This document shows positions 25,263-38,216 of a stretch of 64,000 nt of DNA, in pieces. How positions within the stretch are numbered: the stretch's first letter is position 1; the number at the start of each line of letters is the position of its first letter. A program made the translations under genes and the position numbers. The stretch is taken from contig NC_086097.1 of NCBI RefSeq assembly GCF_963921235.1, positions 102,798,001 to 102,862,000 of the forward strand, given 5' to 3'. The stretch comes from Mobula hypostoma (taxonomy: Eukaryota). Under the pieces are notes generated by a model. It saw only the letters and a list, made by a program, of their open reading frames with translations, did no database searches and had not been told where the DNA came from.

Positions 25263-28100
25263 GTGAGACCGAAAATGGAGTTGGACACAGGCTCAGCTTT
25301 AACAGTGATCTCTGTACACGACTACAGACAACTGTTTTCTCACATACCTCTGAAACGAACAGAACTACTGCTAAAGACTTACACAGGACAGAAAGTGCGT
25401 CCCAAAGGTAAAATTAAAGTGACCTACGGAGACAAAACTCAGCAGCTGAACCTCTATGTACTGAAAAATGGAGGACCACCGTTGCTGGGACGTGAATGGC
25501 TCAGAAAAATTCAGTTGGATTGGCACACCATCAAGGCACGAGATGTGTCAGCAAAGGAGGGCAGCAAGGCTACATCTGAGAGGCTGTCACAAATACTTGC
25601 TGACTCTGAGGAAGTGTTCACGAAAGGAACAGGAACACTTCAGGGCATGAAGGCAAAGATTGAGATTGAGGAAAATGCATGTCTAAAATTTCACAAAGCC
25701 AGGCCAGTGCTATATGCAATCCATCCTAAGGTAGAGGCAGAGCTGAAAAATCTGGAGCAGACTGGGGTCCTGTCGAAGGTGGGTTGGAGTGAATGGGCCA
25801 CGCCTATTGTTCCAGTGATGAAGAGAACCTCCAGCACAAAACCAGGAAAACCAAGCAAGGTGCGCATGTGTGGTGACTTTAAAGTGACTGTCAATCCAGT
25901 GCTCCACACAGTACAGTACCCCTACCCCGAATTGAGGACATTTTTGCTTCCCTGTCAGGGGAACATTTCACAAAAATAGATTTGACCCAGGCTTGCCTTC
26001 AAATGGAAATCGAGGAAGCATCCAAGAAATACCTGACAATAAATACACGCAAAGGACTTTATCAGTACAACAGGTTGGTGTTTGGGATAGCATCAGCTCC
26101 TGCAATCTGGCAAAGGGCAATGGACCAGGTTCTGCAGGGGAATCCAGGGACTCAGTGTTACCTGGATGACATCATTGTCACCGACAAAGATGACGACGAA
26201 CATCTTTCTAACCTAAAACAAGTGCTCACCAGGTTACGAGAAAATGGGCTCAGAGCTAATCGACAGAAATGCGAGTTTTTCAAAAAGGAAATTTCATACT
26301 GTGAGCATGTGATCAACAAGGATGGCTTACACATGTCTCAAGACAAGATAGAAGTGGTGCTTAAGGCACCACCACCTGAAAATGTGTCTCAGCTGAGAGC
26401 ATATCTTGGTCTAGTGAACTACTACCACAAGTTCTTGCCTAACCTATCCACAGTCCTACACCCACTAAATGCATTGTCACAGGCAGGGACACAATGGAAG
26501 TGGACTGAGAGCTGTGGGAAAGCGTTTCAAGAAACTAAAAGACTCATAATTTCAGAAAGGGTGCTAATGCTCTTTGACCCCTCCTTACCTATCCGACTAG
26601 CTTGTGATGCCTCGCCCCATGGGATAGGAGCTGTGTTATCGCACAAGTTTCCATATGGCTCAGAAAGACCAATAGCCTTTGCCTCAAGAATGCTAACTTC
26701 AGCTGAACACAACTATGCACAGATTGACAGAGAGGCCCTAAGCCTCATGTGGGGAGTCAAGAAATTCAGTCACTACCTGTATGGTCAAAAGTTTACTCTG
26801 TTGACTGACCATCAGCCTCTCGTGTCAATCTTCAACCCAAGGAAAGGCGTTCCAGTGATGATAGCACAAAGGCTGCAGTGATGGTCTCTTTTCTTAGGAG
26901 GTCACAGGTATGACATCGAACATAAGAGGACCAAGCAACACGGCAATGCAGATGGTTTGTCACGTTTACCACTGCCCACTTCCAAGGTAACTACACAAAT
27001 GGATTCAGCAGAGGTCTTTCACAGAACAATAGCTGAACGATTACCAGTGACAAACAGCCTCATTGAAAGGGAAACACGCAATGACCCTACGTTGTCAAAA
27101 GTGTATAACATCACGGTGAAGGGATGGCCAGCGCGGGGTAACACACTGTTTCCAGCCTTCTCAGTGAGGAAGGAGCAGTTGTCAGTGTGTCAGGGAACAC
27201 TAATGCGTGGCTCACGAGTTGTGATTCCTCCCAAGTTACGCACCAGAGTGCTGGAGGAACTGCACAAGGGGCACCTGGGTATTGTGTAGATGAAAGGTCT
27301 TGCCCGTGCCTATGTGTGGTGGCCAGGAATCGATAAACAGATTGAGGACTTGACCAAGAACTGCTCTGGATGTCAGAAGATCCAAAACACACCACCATAA
27401 GCCCTTCTCCATCCATGGGAGTGCACATTGACAATGAGTGCACATTGACTCTGCTGGACCATTCATGGACTCTATCTTTTTAAACGCCATTGATGCACAT
27501 TCCAAATGGCCAGAGGTTATCGAAATGAAAACAACCACATCGGAAAAGACCATTACGGTTCTGAGGACCATGTTCGCCAGCAATGGCATACCAGAACAAA
27601 TCTGCACAGACAATGGATGACAATTCGTCTCTGAAGAATTCCAAAGTTTTGTGAAGAACAATGGAATCAAGCACTTTACATCTGCCCCTTACCATCCATC
27701 CACAAATGGCTTGGCAGAAAGATTTGTGCAGACATTCAAGAAAGCCATCAAGGCAATGGACAGCGAAAATCGACCACTGCAACACAAGATAGACAACTTC
27801 CTCCTTGCCTATCTTAATGCAGTACACGCAACCACTAATCAGACTCCAACGATGATGTTTCTGAACAGGAACCTGAGGTCCCACATGGATCTTCTTAAAC
27901 CAGATGTACGGCGTGATGTGGAAAACAGACAGTTCAAACACTTGAATGCTAATTCAACACAGAGCTTCAGTGTGGGACAGTCAGTTCTTGCACATGATTA
28001 CCGGACTGAAAAGTGGCAACCGGTATAATTTCCGCCATAGATGGGCCACTGATGTATAGAGTACAGGTGGGAGAGAACGTATAGAGACGTCATGAGGATC
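25263..28100 (+). pseudogene. Gypsy pol (protease, RT, RNase H, integrase), disrupted
   Basis: LDTGSA (PR); WATPIVPV, RMCGDFK and YLDD (RT); CDAS, YAQIDREAL and TDHQPL (RH); LHKGHLG, DAHSKWPE, TDNG and PYHPSTNGLAER (IN). Confidence 0.93.
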
Positions 28101-28480
28101 AAATCCTGAATGCTCAGGTGAAAAACACAACAACACCTTGCCCTGACTCCCCGGACATAAAAACAAACACCCCTGATGTGGCCACATCAGCCTCATCCAC
28201 AGATAAGCCTGTCATCAGTGCTGAGGACCCACCTGATGTACCTGTGGAGACTATTTCCCCAAAGCAAATGTTTCAGGGCAGATGTTACCTGGCAAGGCAG
28301 AGAAGAACCCCCCCCACCCCCTCCCCAGAGACTTGAGTTATAATTATTATTATTATGTTACTTTGTAATAATTTGATATTATTAAGGTGCTTAGTAAACA
28401 ATTGGTAGGCGTTTCTATGTTAAGGGTACACATATTTGTTTAGTGTAGTGCCCCAGAAAAGGAACAGTTGATACACTATT

Positions 28481-28498
28481 AAAATAAAAGGGGAGGAG
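28481..28498 (+). promoter_or_regulatory. Polypurine tract
   Basis: aaaataaaaggggaggag directly before the 3' LTR TG. Confidence 0.85.
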
Positions 28499-28697
28499 TG
28501 TACTGTATAGCCTACTGTATATTATGGGACTACTTTATGTTGTAGTAACACATCGTTGCATGCGCTATTAGGCGCGTATTGATCTGTACGTGTGTGTTCA
28601 GTTCAGTTTCAGTCAGAAAAGAACCCTGTTAACTTAGCTCCCATCTCCAGTGTTTTCATTTATAGTTTTGTTGTGTAACCCGGCCACATACACAACA
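28499..28697 (+). repeat. 3' LTR (199 bp)
   Basis: By manual count, about 11 substitutions and one 19-bp indel relative to the 5' LTR. Confidence 0.95.
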
Positions 28698-29342
28698 TTA
28701 TTATTATTTTTTCTCTCTGCTAGATTATATATTGCACTGAACTGCTGCTGCTAAGTTAACAAATTTCACGTCCCATGCCAGTGATAATAAACCCGATTCT
28801 GATATGTGTTGATCCCCACCTATGGCTTCACTTCCACCTAAGTGAGTAAGAGTACAGAGTCTCATGTCATTGCATGAACAAAGAGAAACTTGCATTTACA
28901 ATCATATCCCCTTGAGTGGGCAGTTAATTCAGGGACTTCGTCTTCTTGTATTTTGGGCTTTGAGTTTTTACAATTGTATTTCAAAAGACAAGTGCAAGCT
29001 GAATTGCTTTCCTCAGTCTTGTGTATAATCTTTAACCCATTCCTCAAGAATGTGACTGGAATAATCTGCCTCCACTGTGTTACCTTCCATATATAATTGA
29101 TTTTCAAAGACCTCTGAAACCACAGATTAACACTTGCATTTTGTTTTGCACACAATAATGCTACTGTCCTCAAAACCAAAGCTCTGTCCTGATTACAAAA
29201 GTGCTGCAAAACGCTAATTATATATTTTAAATGTATGTTGTGACTCCAGACAGCCCATTTTAAACATCATGCAGATATCTATCAATGTCTGCTTTGAAAT
29301 TCATGATAGTCTTGATATCTGTCTGATTAAGCAGCTAATTGC

Positions 29343-29928
29343 TTCCTTAAGGTTGTTATAGCCAGGTGTGGTAGTGGGGATAAGCTCCCTCGACTTATTA
29401 AATGCTCCCAATGACGTGCAGCTCAACTAGACTCTGACAACCAAGTCCAGCTCCTGGACCTTCACATGTGGCTTAGTTACTAAGCCCAGCAGAACCATTT
29501 CTACTGACAGAAGAAGGGGCAAAGGTGGGTTATTAGCACCTTCGGGCAGATGGGGCTTGTCAGCCATGGTTGGCAGCTCGTCTTGGAGAAGGAAATCTCT
29601 GATATCAAATCTTTGCTGCCTTGCAGTTATACCCACACATGGGTAAGACTTCGGGAGTAAACCCCGAGGTAAATTCCAGAGCTGGAGACCCTGAGGCAGC
29701 CCTACGTTGAGCTCAATGCTGACTGGCAACTCCTGCGTCACTGCTGCTGCCAAACTGTATCGGTCTCTGCCGTTCATTTGGTTTAACAGATGCATGGAGA
29801 GGGGGAACCTGCTACATGGGCAACAGCTTGCTCTCCATATCGTACTGTCCGGGCTTGTGTATCTAGACAACTAGGACACAACATCCATGGTCGGCCCTGA
29901 CCAAGGAAGCCCTCATCATCATCTCACC
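29343..29928 (+). mobile_element. Non-autonomous retroposon, probably RTE-related, with 14-bp TSD
   Basis: TSD AAGCAGCTAATTGC at 29329-29342 and 29929-29942. Contains RTE-5'UTR-like text (ggttggcagctcgtcttggagaaggaaa) and a (cat)n-like tail; no RT coding. Confidence 0.7.
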
Positions 29929-30039
29929 AAGCAGCTAATTGCAAATCTATTAATTGACATTTCAAGAAGCAATATGTCTTTAAGGTGCTTTGTTGCTGAC
30001 CTTAGAAACATCTAGCAAACACAGAAAGACTAAGTTCAC

Positions 30040-30890
30040 ATCCTAATATTGAAGCAGATTGAAAACCTGATTGAGTGGTGTCACAACAACAACCTCTCAC
30101 TTCATGTCAGCAAAACCAAAGAGCTGATTATTGATCACAGCAAGAAGCCTGAGCTCAATGAGCCAGTTCACTTCAGGGTCAGTAGCATTAAATTCCTTTG
30201 AGTTAACATATGAGAGGATCTTTCCTAGGCCCAGCACAAAGAAAGCATGACAGCACCTCTACTTTCTTAGAAGTTGGCATCGATTTGACATGTCACCAAA
30301 ACCTTTGACAAACTTCTATAGATGCACAGTGGAGGGTATCCTAACTGGTTGCATCACTGCCTGGTATGGATATGCCAGTGCCCAGGAACAGAAAAGGCTG
30401 CAGAAAATGGTAGAAATAATCTAGTTCATTGCCAGCAAAGCCCGCCCTCCCCACCACTGAGTTTGTTTACATGGAGCATTGCCACGAGATAGCAGCCTCC
30501 ATCATCCAGGTCACGTTCTCTTCTGGCTACTACCATCGGGTAGGACGTACAGAAGCCTCAGGTCCCACACCATCAGGTTCAGGATCAGTGATGACCATCA
30601 AGCTCCTGAGCTGGCATTGACCACCACTCTGAACTTATTCTATCATCTACAGACTCATTTTCAAGGACTCTTTACAACTCCATATCCATTATCAGCGTTG
30701 TATTTATTTCTCCAGTTTGTCTTCTTTTGCATGTTGGTGTTTGTCAGGCTTTGTTTATTTATAGGATTCCATAAATTTCTATTGTACTTCTTTTCTCCCT
30801 CTAAATACCCACAAGAAAATGAATCTCAAAGTACATACCCGGTAACATATACATGCCTTGACAATAGCTTTGCCTGGAACTTTGAACATG
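30040..30890 (+). mobile_element. Decayed Rex1/Babar-type LINE 3' part
   Basis: EWCHNNNLSLHVSKTKELIID and FYRCTVEGILTGCITAWYG are readable at 30070-30370. Confidence 0.8.
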
Positions 30891-31184
30891 TAGTATCAGT
30901 TGTTGTCATGGGGAATCCCTGGTGTGCAGAATGACTGTCAACATCATACAGGCTGAGCAAGCAATCACACTGAAGAATTTTCAGTTAGTGCTTTTGCAAC
31001 TTTCTTTGCTAATGCTCAACTTACTGAATTTAGAGAAAGTGAAAAATACCAATAAATGGATTATAGAATATGAAACAATACAAAAGATTTAATTTAAAAT
31101 ATGGAATCTCAAAATAATTGAGGGAATTATTTAATTACAATTCCATTATAATTAAAATTTTAAGGACTGTGTGTGGTTAAATAA

Positions 31185-31435
31185 CAGATTCCCCCTTTTC
31201 CAGCCCTGTATCTCTTTCACCAATCAACTTCCTAGCTCTCTACTTCACTCCTTCCCCCTCTCCCAGTTTCACCTATCACCTACCCAACTTGCATATCTTC
31301 ATCCCCTCCTCCCACCTTATTATTCTGAATTCTCCCTTCCCTTTCTAGTCCTGATGAAGGGTTTCAGCCCGAAACATCAACGGTACTCTTTTCCACAGAT
31401 GCTGCCTGGCCTGCTGAGCATTTTGTGTGTGTTGT
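31185..31435 (+). mobile_element. PLE terminal fragment with decayed hammerhead motif
   Basis: Pyrimidine-rich tract, then agtcCTGATGAagggtttcagcccGAAAcatcaac (31347-31381) and agatgctgcctggcctgctgag. Confidence 0.8.
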
Positions 31436-31439
31436 TGTT

Positions 31440-31950
31440 GAATAGTTCAATGGTTCCATTTAATATCAGAGAATGTATACAAAATACAACCTGAAATTCT
31501 TACTCTCTGCAGACATCCACAAAACAGAAACACCCCCAAAGAATGAATAGCAGAAAAAAACAAAAGAACCCCAAAGCTCCCTGTCTCCCTCCTACACTCA
31601 AGCAGCATCAACCCTCCCCCACCCCATCCCCCACTTATTCTAAGCAGAAAGTGTCAGCATTCCACCAACCCACCATGCCAGCAACAGCAAAGCTCCCAAG
31701 AAGAGACTGTGGTCTACAGTCCATCAAAACTAACTGTTCACTCCGACATTCTCCCTCTCACTAACAAGGGAGAGATGGGTATCCCTCCTTCCACAGCAAC
31801 AGGGAGACAACAGTCACTATTTTGATGTTAAAGTCAGTCTAAAGCATTGCTTTTTATTTTGAGTTCCCCGACTCAAGAATCGGCAAATCAATTACCGAGT
31901 GCTGACCCCTCCGACAGCCATTCTCGCTGTCTTCGATATTCCTGCTTCTG
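31440..31950 (-). mobile_element. Retroposon 3' tail; second copy at ~60440-60800
   Basis: Shared text gttccat.taatatcagagaa.gtat...tacaacc.gaaattctt.ctct in both places. Confidence 0.55.
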
Positions 31951-31964
31951 CCATGCCTCAGAAC

Positions 31965-34900
31965 ACAAGACCAGCAAGAACTCTTCATGCAGAAAATGCC
32001 TGATCAAGTTTGCATAGCCCTCACTAATGCACCCGAGATGGACTATAGGGAGCTTGCTAAGATGGCTGATGGTCTGCACTCAGCCAGGCAGTGGTGCATC
32101 ATTCCTCCTCCTTTCTCTCCCTCAATAAGCCCGGTCAGCAAGGCTCCCAACATAAGGATGCCGTGTCTGAGAGACAGACCATGCCAAGCCTGTGTTTTTA
32201 CCACACGTGCTTTGGTATGAATGCCAGGAAGTGCTGACCACCTTGCAGTTTCAACAGTGTCACTATATTGGGACATCAGAGGTCTGTGAACACTGTGGGT
32301 TCCAGCTGGCAGGGTCGTCTACTGTTCATTACAGACACCCTTCCAGGACGATGCTTCCTGTGTAACACGGGTGCTGAAGTGATTGTGCTGTCGGCATCGT
32401 CTATTGATGAGAAGACAAAGAGCGACGAAACCTCGCTGGAGACCTCCAACAGCAGCAGGATCCAGACTTACAGGACACGATGGGTGACGCTCTGCTTCAG
32501 TAGGTAACGTTACACATGGGACTTCATCCTCGCTGAACTGACTAGACCTCTGCTCGGTGCAGATTTCCTGTGTGCCCAAGGACTGTTGTTCGATCTGAAG
32601 AACTGCCGGCTTGTGGATGTCAAGGACTTTGTGTCGTTACCCGGCTCCCCCAGTAAGTTCCCCACAACGACCCTGTCAAGCACATGCACCACTGCATGTG
32701 AGTTTACTCGACTGCTGAGTGAACTTCCAGACCTCAGCAAGCCCACATTCTCCACTACAGTCACAAAACATGGGGTCATGCCCATTCCCACAACTGGCTC
32801 ACCAGTCCTTGCTGTGCGCATAGACTGGACCCAGAAAAGCTGGCAACCACGAAGGCTGAGTTTGTCAACATGGAGAGACTTCGCATTGTACACCGGTCGA
32901 ATAGCCCCTGGGGTTCACCCCTCTGCACGGTCCCCAAGTCCAATGGTGGTTGCAGGGCACGTGGTGATCACCGATGCTTTAACGAGTCCACCACCCCCGA
33001 TTGTCACCCAGTCCCACACATCTAAGACTTTACTCCATGTTTAATCAGAAAGTTAATTTTTTCCAAAGTCGATCTAGTTAGGGGTTACCCTCAGGTGCCG
33101 GTGTGCTTGGAGGACATTCCCAAAACAACTGTGATAACCCCGTTTGGCCTTGTTCAGTTTCTGTGCGTGCCATTTGGACTGAAAAATGCAGCACAGACTT
33201 TCCAATGGCTGATGGACTCCAAGACTTAGATGTTCTTTTTGTTTACCCACATGACATACTTGCCCCAGTGCATCCAAATCTGAACACGTATCTCATCTCC
33301 GTACTTTTCCAGTCCTTAAGCCAGCACGGGTTGATTATTAACCCTGCTAAATTCCAGTCTGGGTTGCAACCATTGATTTTCTCAGCCATCACATCTCCGC
33401 AGAAGGTGTGAAACACCTTTCAAAGGTAGACATTATTATAAATTTCCCACCACCCTGCACTACTAAAAAATGACAGGAGTTTTTAGGCACGGTGGATATC
33501 TATCACCGCTTCATTCTGCGAGATGCTGAACTTATGCTCCCCCTGTAGAGTGCGCTTAAAGGTAATACCCCCAATCACGTGCTTGACTGGTCAGTGGACG
33601 TGACCAGGGCATTTGGTGACACCAAACGAGCTGTTTCCAATGAGACCCTATGGCCGCTCCCACTCCCCAACACACCATTACTATTGATGTCTCGGACTGT
33701 GCCGTGGGTGCTGTGCATGAACAGTTGTTTGGAGACGTGAGGCAGCCGCTCGCCTTCTTCAGCCGGCAGCTCCATCCCCCCGAAAATGAAGTACAGCATG
33801 TTTGACTGTGAGCTTCTCAATCTGTAGCTGCCTGTCCGCCAGTTTCATTATCTTCCAGAGGGTCACCATTCCAGAGCAGTCATTGACCACATACCCCTCA
33901 TGCACATGTGGCCAAAACATCAGACTGTCAGTCTTCACGGCAGCAACACCTCCTGGCCTATGTACCAGAGTTCACAACTGATGTACAACATATCACGGGA
34001 AAAACATACCTCTGTCTCTATCTCGCTATCCGCCATTTAGACGCTCACATTTCACATTGTTCGTTGACCATAAACCCTTGGTGCACACGGTGGCCAAAAT
34101 ATTAGAGCATCAGACTGCACAGCAGCAATACCACCTGACGAACACATCCGAGTTCACAACAAGGCTTTTGGTATGCTGGCCTTTATTAATCAGAGCATTG
34201 AGTATAGGAGTTGGGATGTAATGTTGAAATTGTATAGGGCAATGGTAAGGCCAGATTTGGAGTATTGGGTACAGTTCCGGTCATCGAATTATAGGAAAGA
34301 TGTCAATAAAATTAAGAGAGTACAAAGGAGACTTACTAAAATGTTGCCTGGGATTCATCTCTTAAGTTACAGAGAAAGGTTGAACAAGTTGGGTCTTCAT
34401 TCTTTAGAGCGTAGAAGGTTGGGGGGGACATAATAGAGGTATTTAAAATTATGAGGGGGATAGATAGAGTTGACGTAGATAGGCTTTTTCCATTGAGAGT
34501 AGGAGAGATTCAAACAAGAGGACATGAGTTGAGAGTTAAAGGGCAAAAGTTTAGGGGTAACATGAGGGGGAACTTCTTTACTCAGAAAGTGGTAGCTGTG
34601 TGGAACGAGCTTCCAGCAGAAGTGGTTGAGGCAGGTTTGATGTTGTCGTTTAAAGTTAAATTGGACAGCTATATGGACAGGAAAGGAATGGAGGGTTATG
34701 GACCAAGTGCAGGTCAGTGGGACTAGGTGAGAGTAAGAGTTCGGCACAGACTAGAAGGGCCGAGATGGCCTGTTTCCGTGCTGTAATTGTTTTTTGGTTA
34801 TATGGTTAAGGCAAAAATAACGCTGTGGCTGACTGCATCTCACGGCCGCCATTGTAGCCATACACATGGGGGTCGACTATGCCGGTATGGCAGCTGACCA

Positions 34901-36330
34901 AGTTACTGACCCAGAGATCAGGCTTACTGAACAGCAGTCACAGACCTGAGGGTGGCTGACATTAAGATGGGGTTCCACTCCTGTGCAATGTCTCCACAGT
35001 CACCGTCATCCCAAACAGGAAACAGGCTGTTTTCAACTCTATACATGGCCTTTTGTATTCGGGCCAGAAGGCCTCACAGAAACCGAATGCACTGAAGTTT
35101 GTTGGCATGGCTTCAGGAAGATGTGCACAACTGGACTGCAGCCTGTGTGGAGTGTCAGCGGGCAAAAATTAACCGTCGTGTTCAGGCACCTTTTGAGGTT
35201 CCTGAGCAATGGTTTGACCATGTCAATGAGGATCTAGTTGGTCCTTTTCTCCCCTCCCGTGGTTTCACACACCTCCTTACCACGATGGACCACACCACCA
35301 GGTGCCAGAGGTTGTGCCTCCAGCATCGACAATGGCGACAGACGTGGCTCGACATTCATTAGCACCTGGGTTGCTCGGTTTGGTGCCCCATTTGATATTT
35401 CCTCTGACCATGGTTCCCAATTCATTTCAGACCTCTGGGCTGTGATGGCCCAGAACCTCAGCATTAGGAAACATCACAGCACATTCCAAACCCGCAGCCC
35501 AATGGCCCCAGGCAAGCGGTTTCACTGCTCCTTAAAGGCTGCTCTGAGGGCTTCCCTGACCGATGATTGCTGGCATGATCGTCTCCCGTGGGTCTTGCTG
35601 GGGCTCAGAACAGCTCCAAAAGAGAACCTGCAGCTGTCCGTGGCTGAGTTGGTATACGGTTAACCATTACGAGTGTCAGATGATTTCATTCCTGACACGA
35701 TGATCACCTGGTCGGCCTCTTGACAGCGTTCCACCCTCCTCAGTAAATTCAATTCCTTTGCTCCTATTCCTACCTCCCTTGGGTTCCTGTTGACCTACAT
35801 TCCGCCTTGTTTGTTTTCATCCACCAACGTCCCCTTAGGCCCCCTTATGATGACCCGTTCTGCATTTTGGAACGGGGAGAAAAGACTTCTATCATAGATA
35901 AGAGGACTAAACCTGAACGTATTTCGGTAGTTCACCTTAAACTGGCCCACCAAGGTTTGGAGGATTCCATTAGCTTCTCCCGGCCGTCACGACATGACCA
36001 TGAGCATGTCAACACACCTGTGGACGAGCCAGGTGCTCCTGCTGTTCGTCCACCCATGCAACATGGGACCTGGGCTCCAGACTGACTCACAATGCAGTTT
36101 TAGTGAATTCTGGGGGTGGTGGGGGGGGGGGTCCTGTGTAGGGTAATGTAAACGGAAGAAATGAACATCATTCACAACCACCGACATTGAGTTGCAGTTT
36201 CACTTTAAGAGGCTGGCCTGAGGTTGATGACATAATTACATAAAGGGGTTTTAGCATGCTTTGAGTTCAGGATTTTGGTGTTCAATAAATGGTAGCTACG
36301 GCTTTTCTGAAACAAAAAATGCCTCCACCA
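31965..36330 (+). mobile_element. Heavily decayed Gypsy element (CsRn1-like), 5' end missing, with PPT and probable 3' LTR
   Basis: Gag CHCC-type knuckle LCFYHTCFGMNARKC*PPCSF (~32190-32252); PR FLCNTGAE; RT FSKVDLVRGY.QVP...PFGLKNAAQTFQ (~33055-33215); IN TWVARFGAP..ISSDHGSQF and LPWVLLGLRT. G-rich PPT at ~36110-36131, then TG at 36135/36137 and AATAAA at ~36284. Confidence 0.82.
34161..34807 (+). mobile_element. CR1 3' fragment nested in the second Gypsy
   Basis: ORFs 34173 and 34451; same subfamily and tail as 47972-51115. The host resumes with KNNAVADCISR. Confidence 0.9.
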
Positions 36331-38216
36331 TTTTACCTGCAAAAACCCAAAGTTGGAAAGGATGCTGTTCTGACAGAATTTGGACAACTCTTAGATCCAT
36401 TTGTTTAGAAGATCCTCTGTTTTTAGAAAGACCCTTGTAAGACCGGGAAGCTGCAGCCTTAAGTTCTAGATATTAAACTGGTTTATAAAACTTAATATGC
36501 ATTAAAATGTTGCATATCCAATACTTCTCTAAGCAGACCCACTGTCCCTCTTCAGTATCTTTCCTTGTTCTTCTGCTGTTTAAGGTTAGAGGTGAAAGGT
36601 TTGTTAAGAAACTGAAGAACACTATTATTACATAGTGCGTGGAACCAGCTGCCAAAGGAAGTGGTGGAGGCAGCTGCATTGGAACATTTAAGGAGTACAC
36701 AAACATCTATATGGATAACAAGAGTTTACATTAGAGGAATGTGGGCCAAATACTGTGAAATGAGATTAGATTGAATGCACATTCTGGTTGGAATGGACAA
36801 GTATGAGCTGAAAGACCTTTCTTCATCCTGTGCAACTCCACGCTTCTATGAGAGTAATTGCTTCAGGCATAAACTGCAGAAAATTACAATTCAGTTAATA
36901 ATGATTAGAGAAAGAGGAAGGGTCAAACAGTCATGCTGGATAGGGGGCAGACAGAGATCCGGCTCAAAATTCAATCTAGTTAATGGCTGCAACTTAATAG
37001 ACCAATTAAATTAATTGCATTAGATTTATCTTAAGCAGTTCACGGGCATGTGTGCATGTGTTGTTTTCTCGAGACAATTGGTATCTTGATAAATGTGCAG
37101 AGAGGCAGCTCAATTTTGGCCAGTACTTCAACCAAGCATCTGGTTAAATGTATATCTCATTGGTTAACTTGGTTAAATGCTATGTACACATTTACAGTTC
37201 AGTCAATGCAGCTGGTGATAAAGATTCAGAACTTGTCAGTATTCCTTGTCACTATTAATCATGAAGAAATTCTGCTTATTTGATAGTGATCACTTGAGCC
37301 ATTTGAAAATAAATTCTCTAAAACAAGGAAAAGTGAAACCTACTGCTGAAAATCGGGAAAAAGATAAAGTGCTGGAAATATTCAGCAGCTGTCTTAGTGC
37401 ATGTGAAGAAAGGAAGAGCTGGTGTTTCTGACTGAGTCCACGATATCCTGAAAAGGGAGGGTAAGAAGCCAGAGGTCATGGTACGTATTGGTACCAATGA
37501 CATAGGTAGAAAAAGGGAGGAAGTCCTGAAGACAAAATACAGGGAGTTAAGAAGGAAGCTGAGAAGCAGGACCTCAAGGGTAGTAATCCTGGGATTGTTG
37601 CCTGTGCCATGCGACAGTGAGGATAGGAATGGCACTGTAGTTCAGAGAGCCATTCAAGAGGGGGGAGAGAAGAGAAATGTAGTGGTAATTGGGGAGAGTG
37701 TAGTCAGGGAATAGACAGAGTTCTCTGTCGTGAGGATAGAGTGTCCCAAAAGTGGTGTTGCCTGCCTGGTGCCCAGGTTCGGGACATTTTATCTGACCTG
37801 CAGAGGAATTTGCAGTGGGAGGGGAAAGATCTCGTTGTCGTGTCCATGTGGGCACCAACGACACAGGTAGAATGAGGAAAGAGTTCTGCTGAGGGAATTT
37901 GAGCAGCTAGGGACTAAATTAAAAAGCAGAACCAAAAAGCTGGTAATCTCTGGATTACCACCTGAGCCACATCCAAATTAGCACTGGGTTAAGAAGATTA
38001 GAGAGTTAAATGTGTGGCTCAAGGATTGGTGTGGGAGAAGTGGGTATGAATTCATGGGAAACTGGTACCAGTACTGGGGAAGGAGGGAGCTGTTCCACTG
38101 GGATGGGCTCCACCTGAACGATGATGGGACTTGGATCCTGGCAAATTGCATAACTAGGGTTGTGGATAGGGCTTTAAACTAAGTAGTAGCGGGGAGGGTA
38201 CAACAGATTGGAGAAG

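Larger units (their letters stand above)
22419..28697 (+). mobile_element. Full-length but defective Gypsy/Ty3 LTR retrotransposon
   Basis: Two TG...CA LTRs, TSD TTATT (22414-22418 and 28698-28702, within a tta microsatellite), PBS, PPT, and gag-PR-RT-RH-IN order with stops and frameshifts. Confidence 0.95.
22255..28803 (+). mobile_element. Rex1/Babar-type 3' tail split by the Gypsy insertion (22255-22418 and 28698-28803)
   Basis: The two halves join to match the uninterrupted copy at ~45760-46003 (ctttggacactacctcac...ctctctgctagattat...gataataaacc.gattctgat). Confidence 0.8.

Noticed and set aside
29343..29530. Twister or HDV-like ribozyme call
   Set aside because: The core consensus residues could not be fitted; kept only as an unclassified structured-RNA candidate.
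36110..36131. G-run as a G-quadruplex regulatory element
   Set aside because: Its position between integrase and a TG-starting LTR-like sequence is explained by a polypurine tract.
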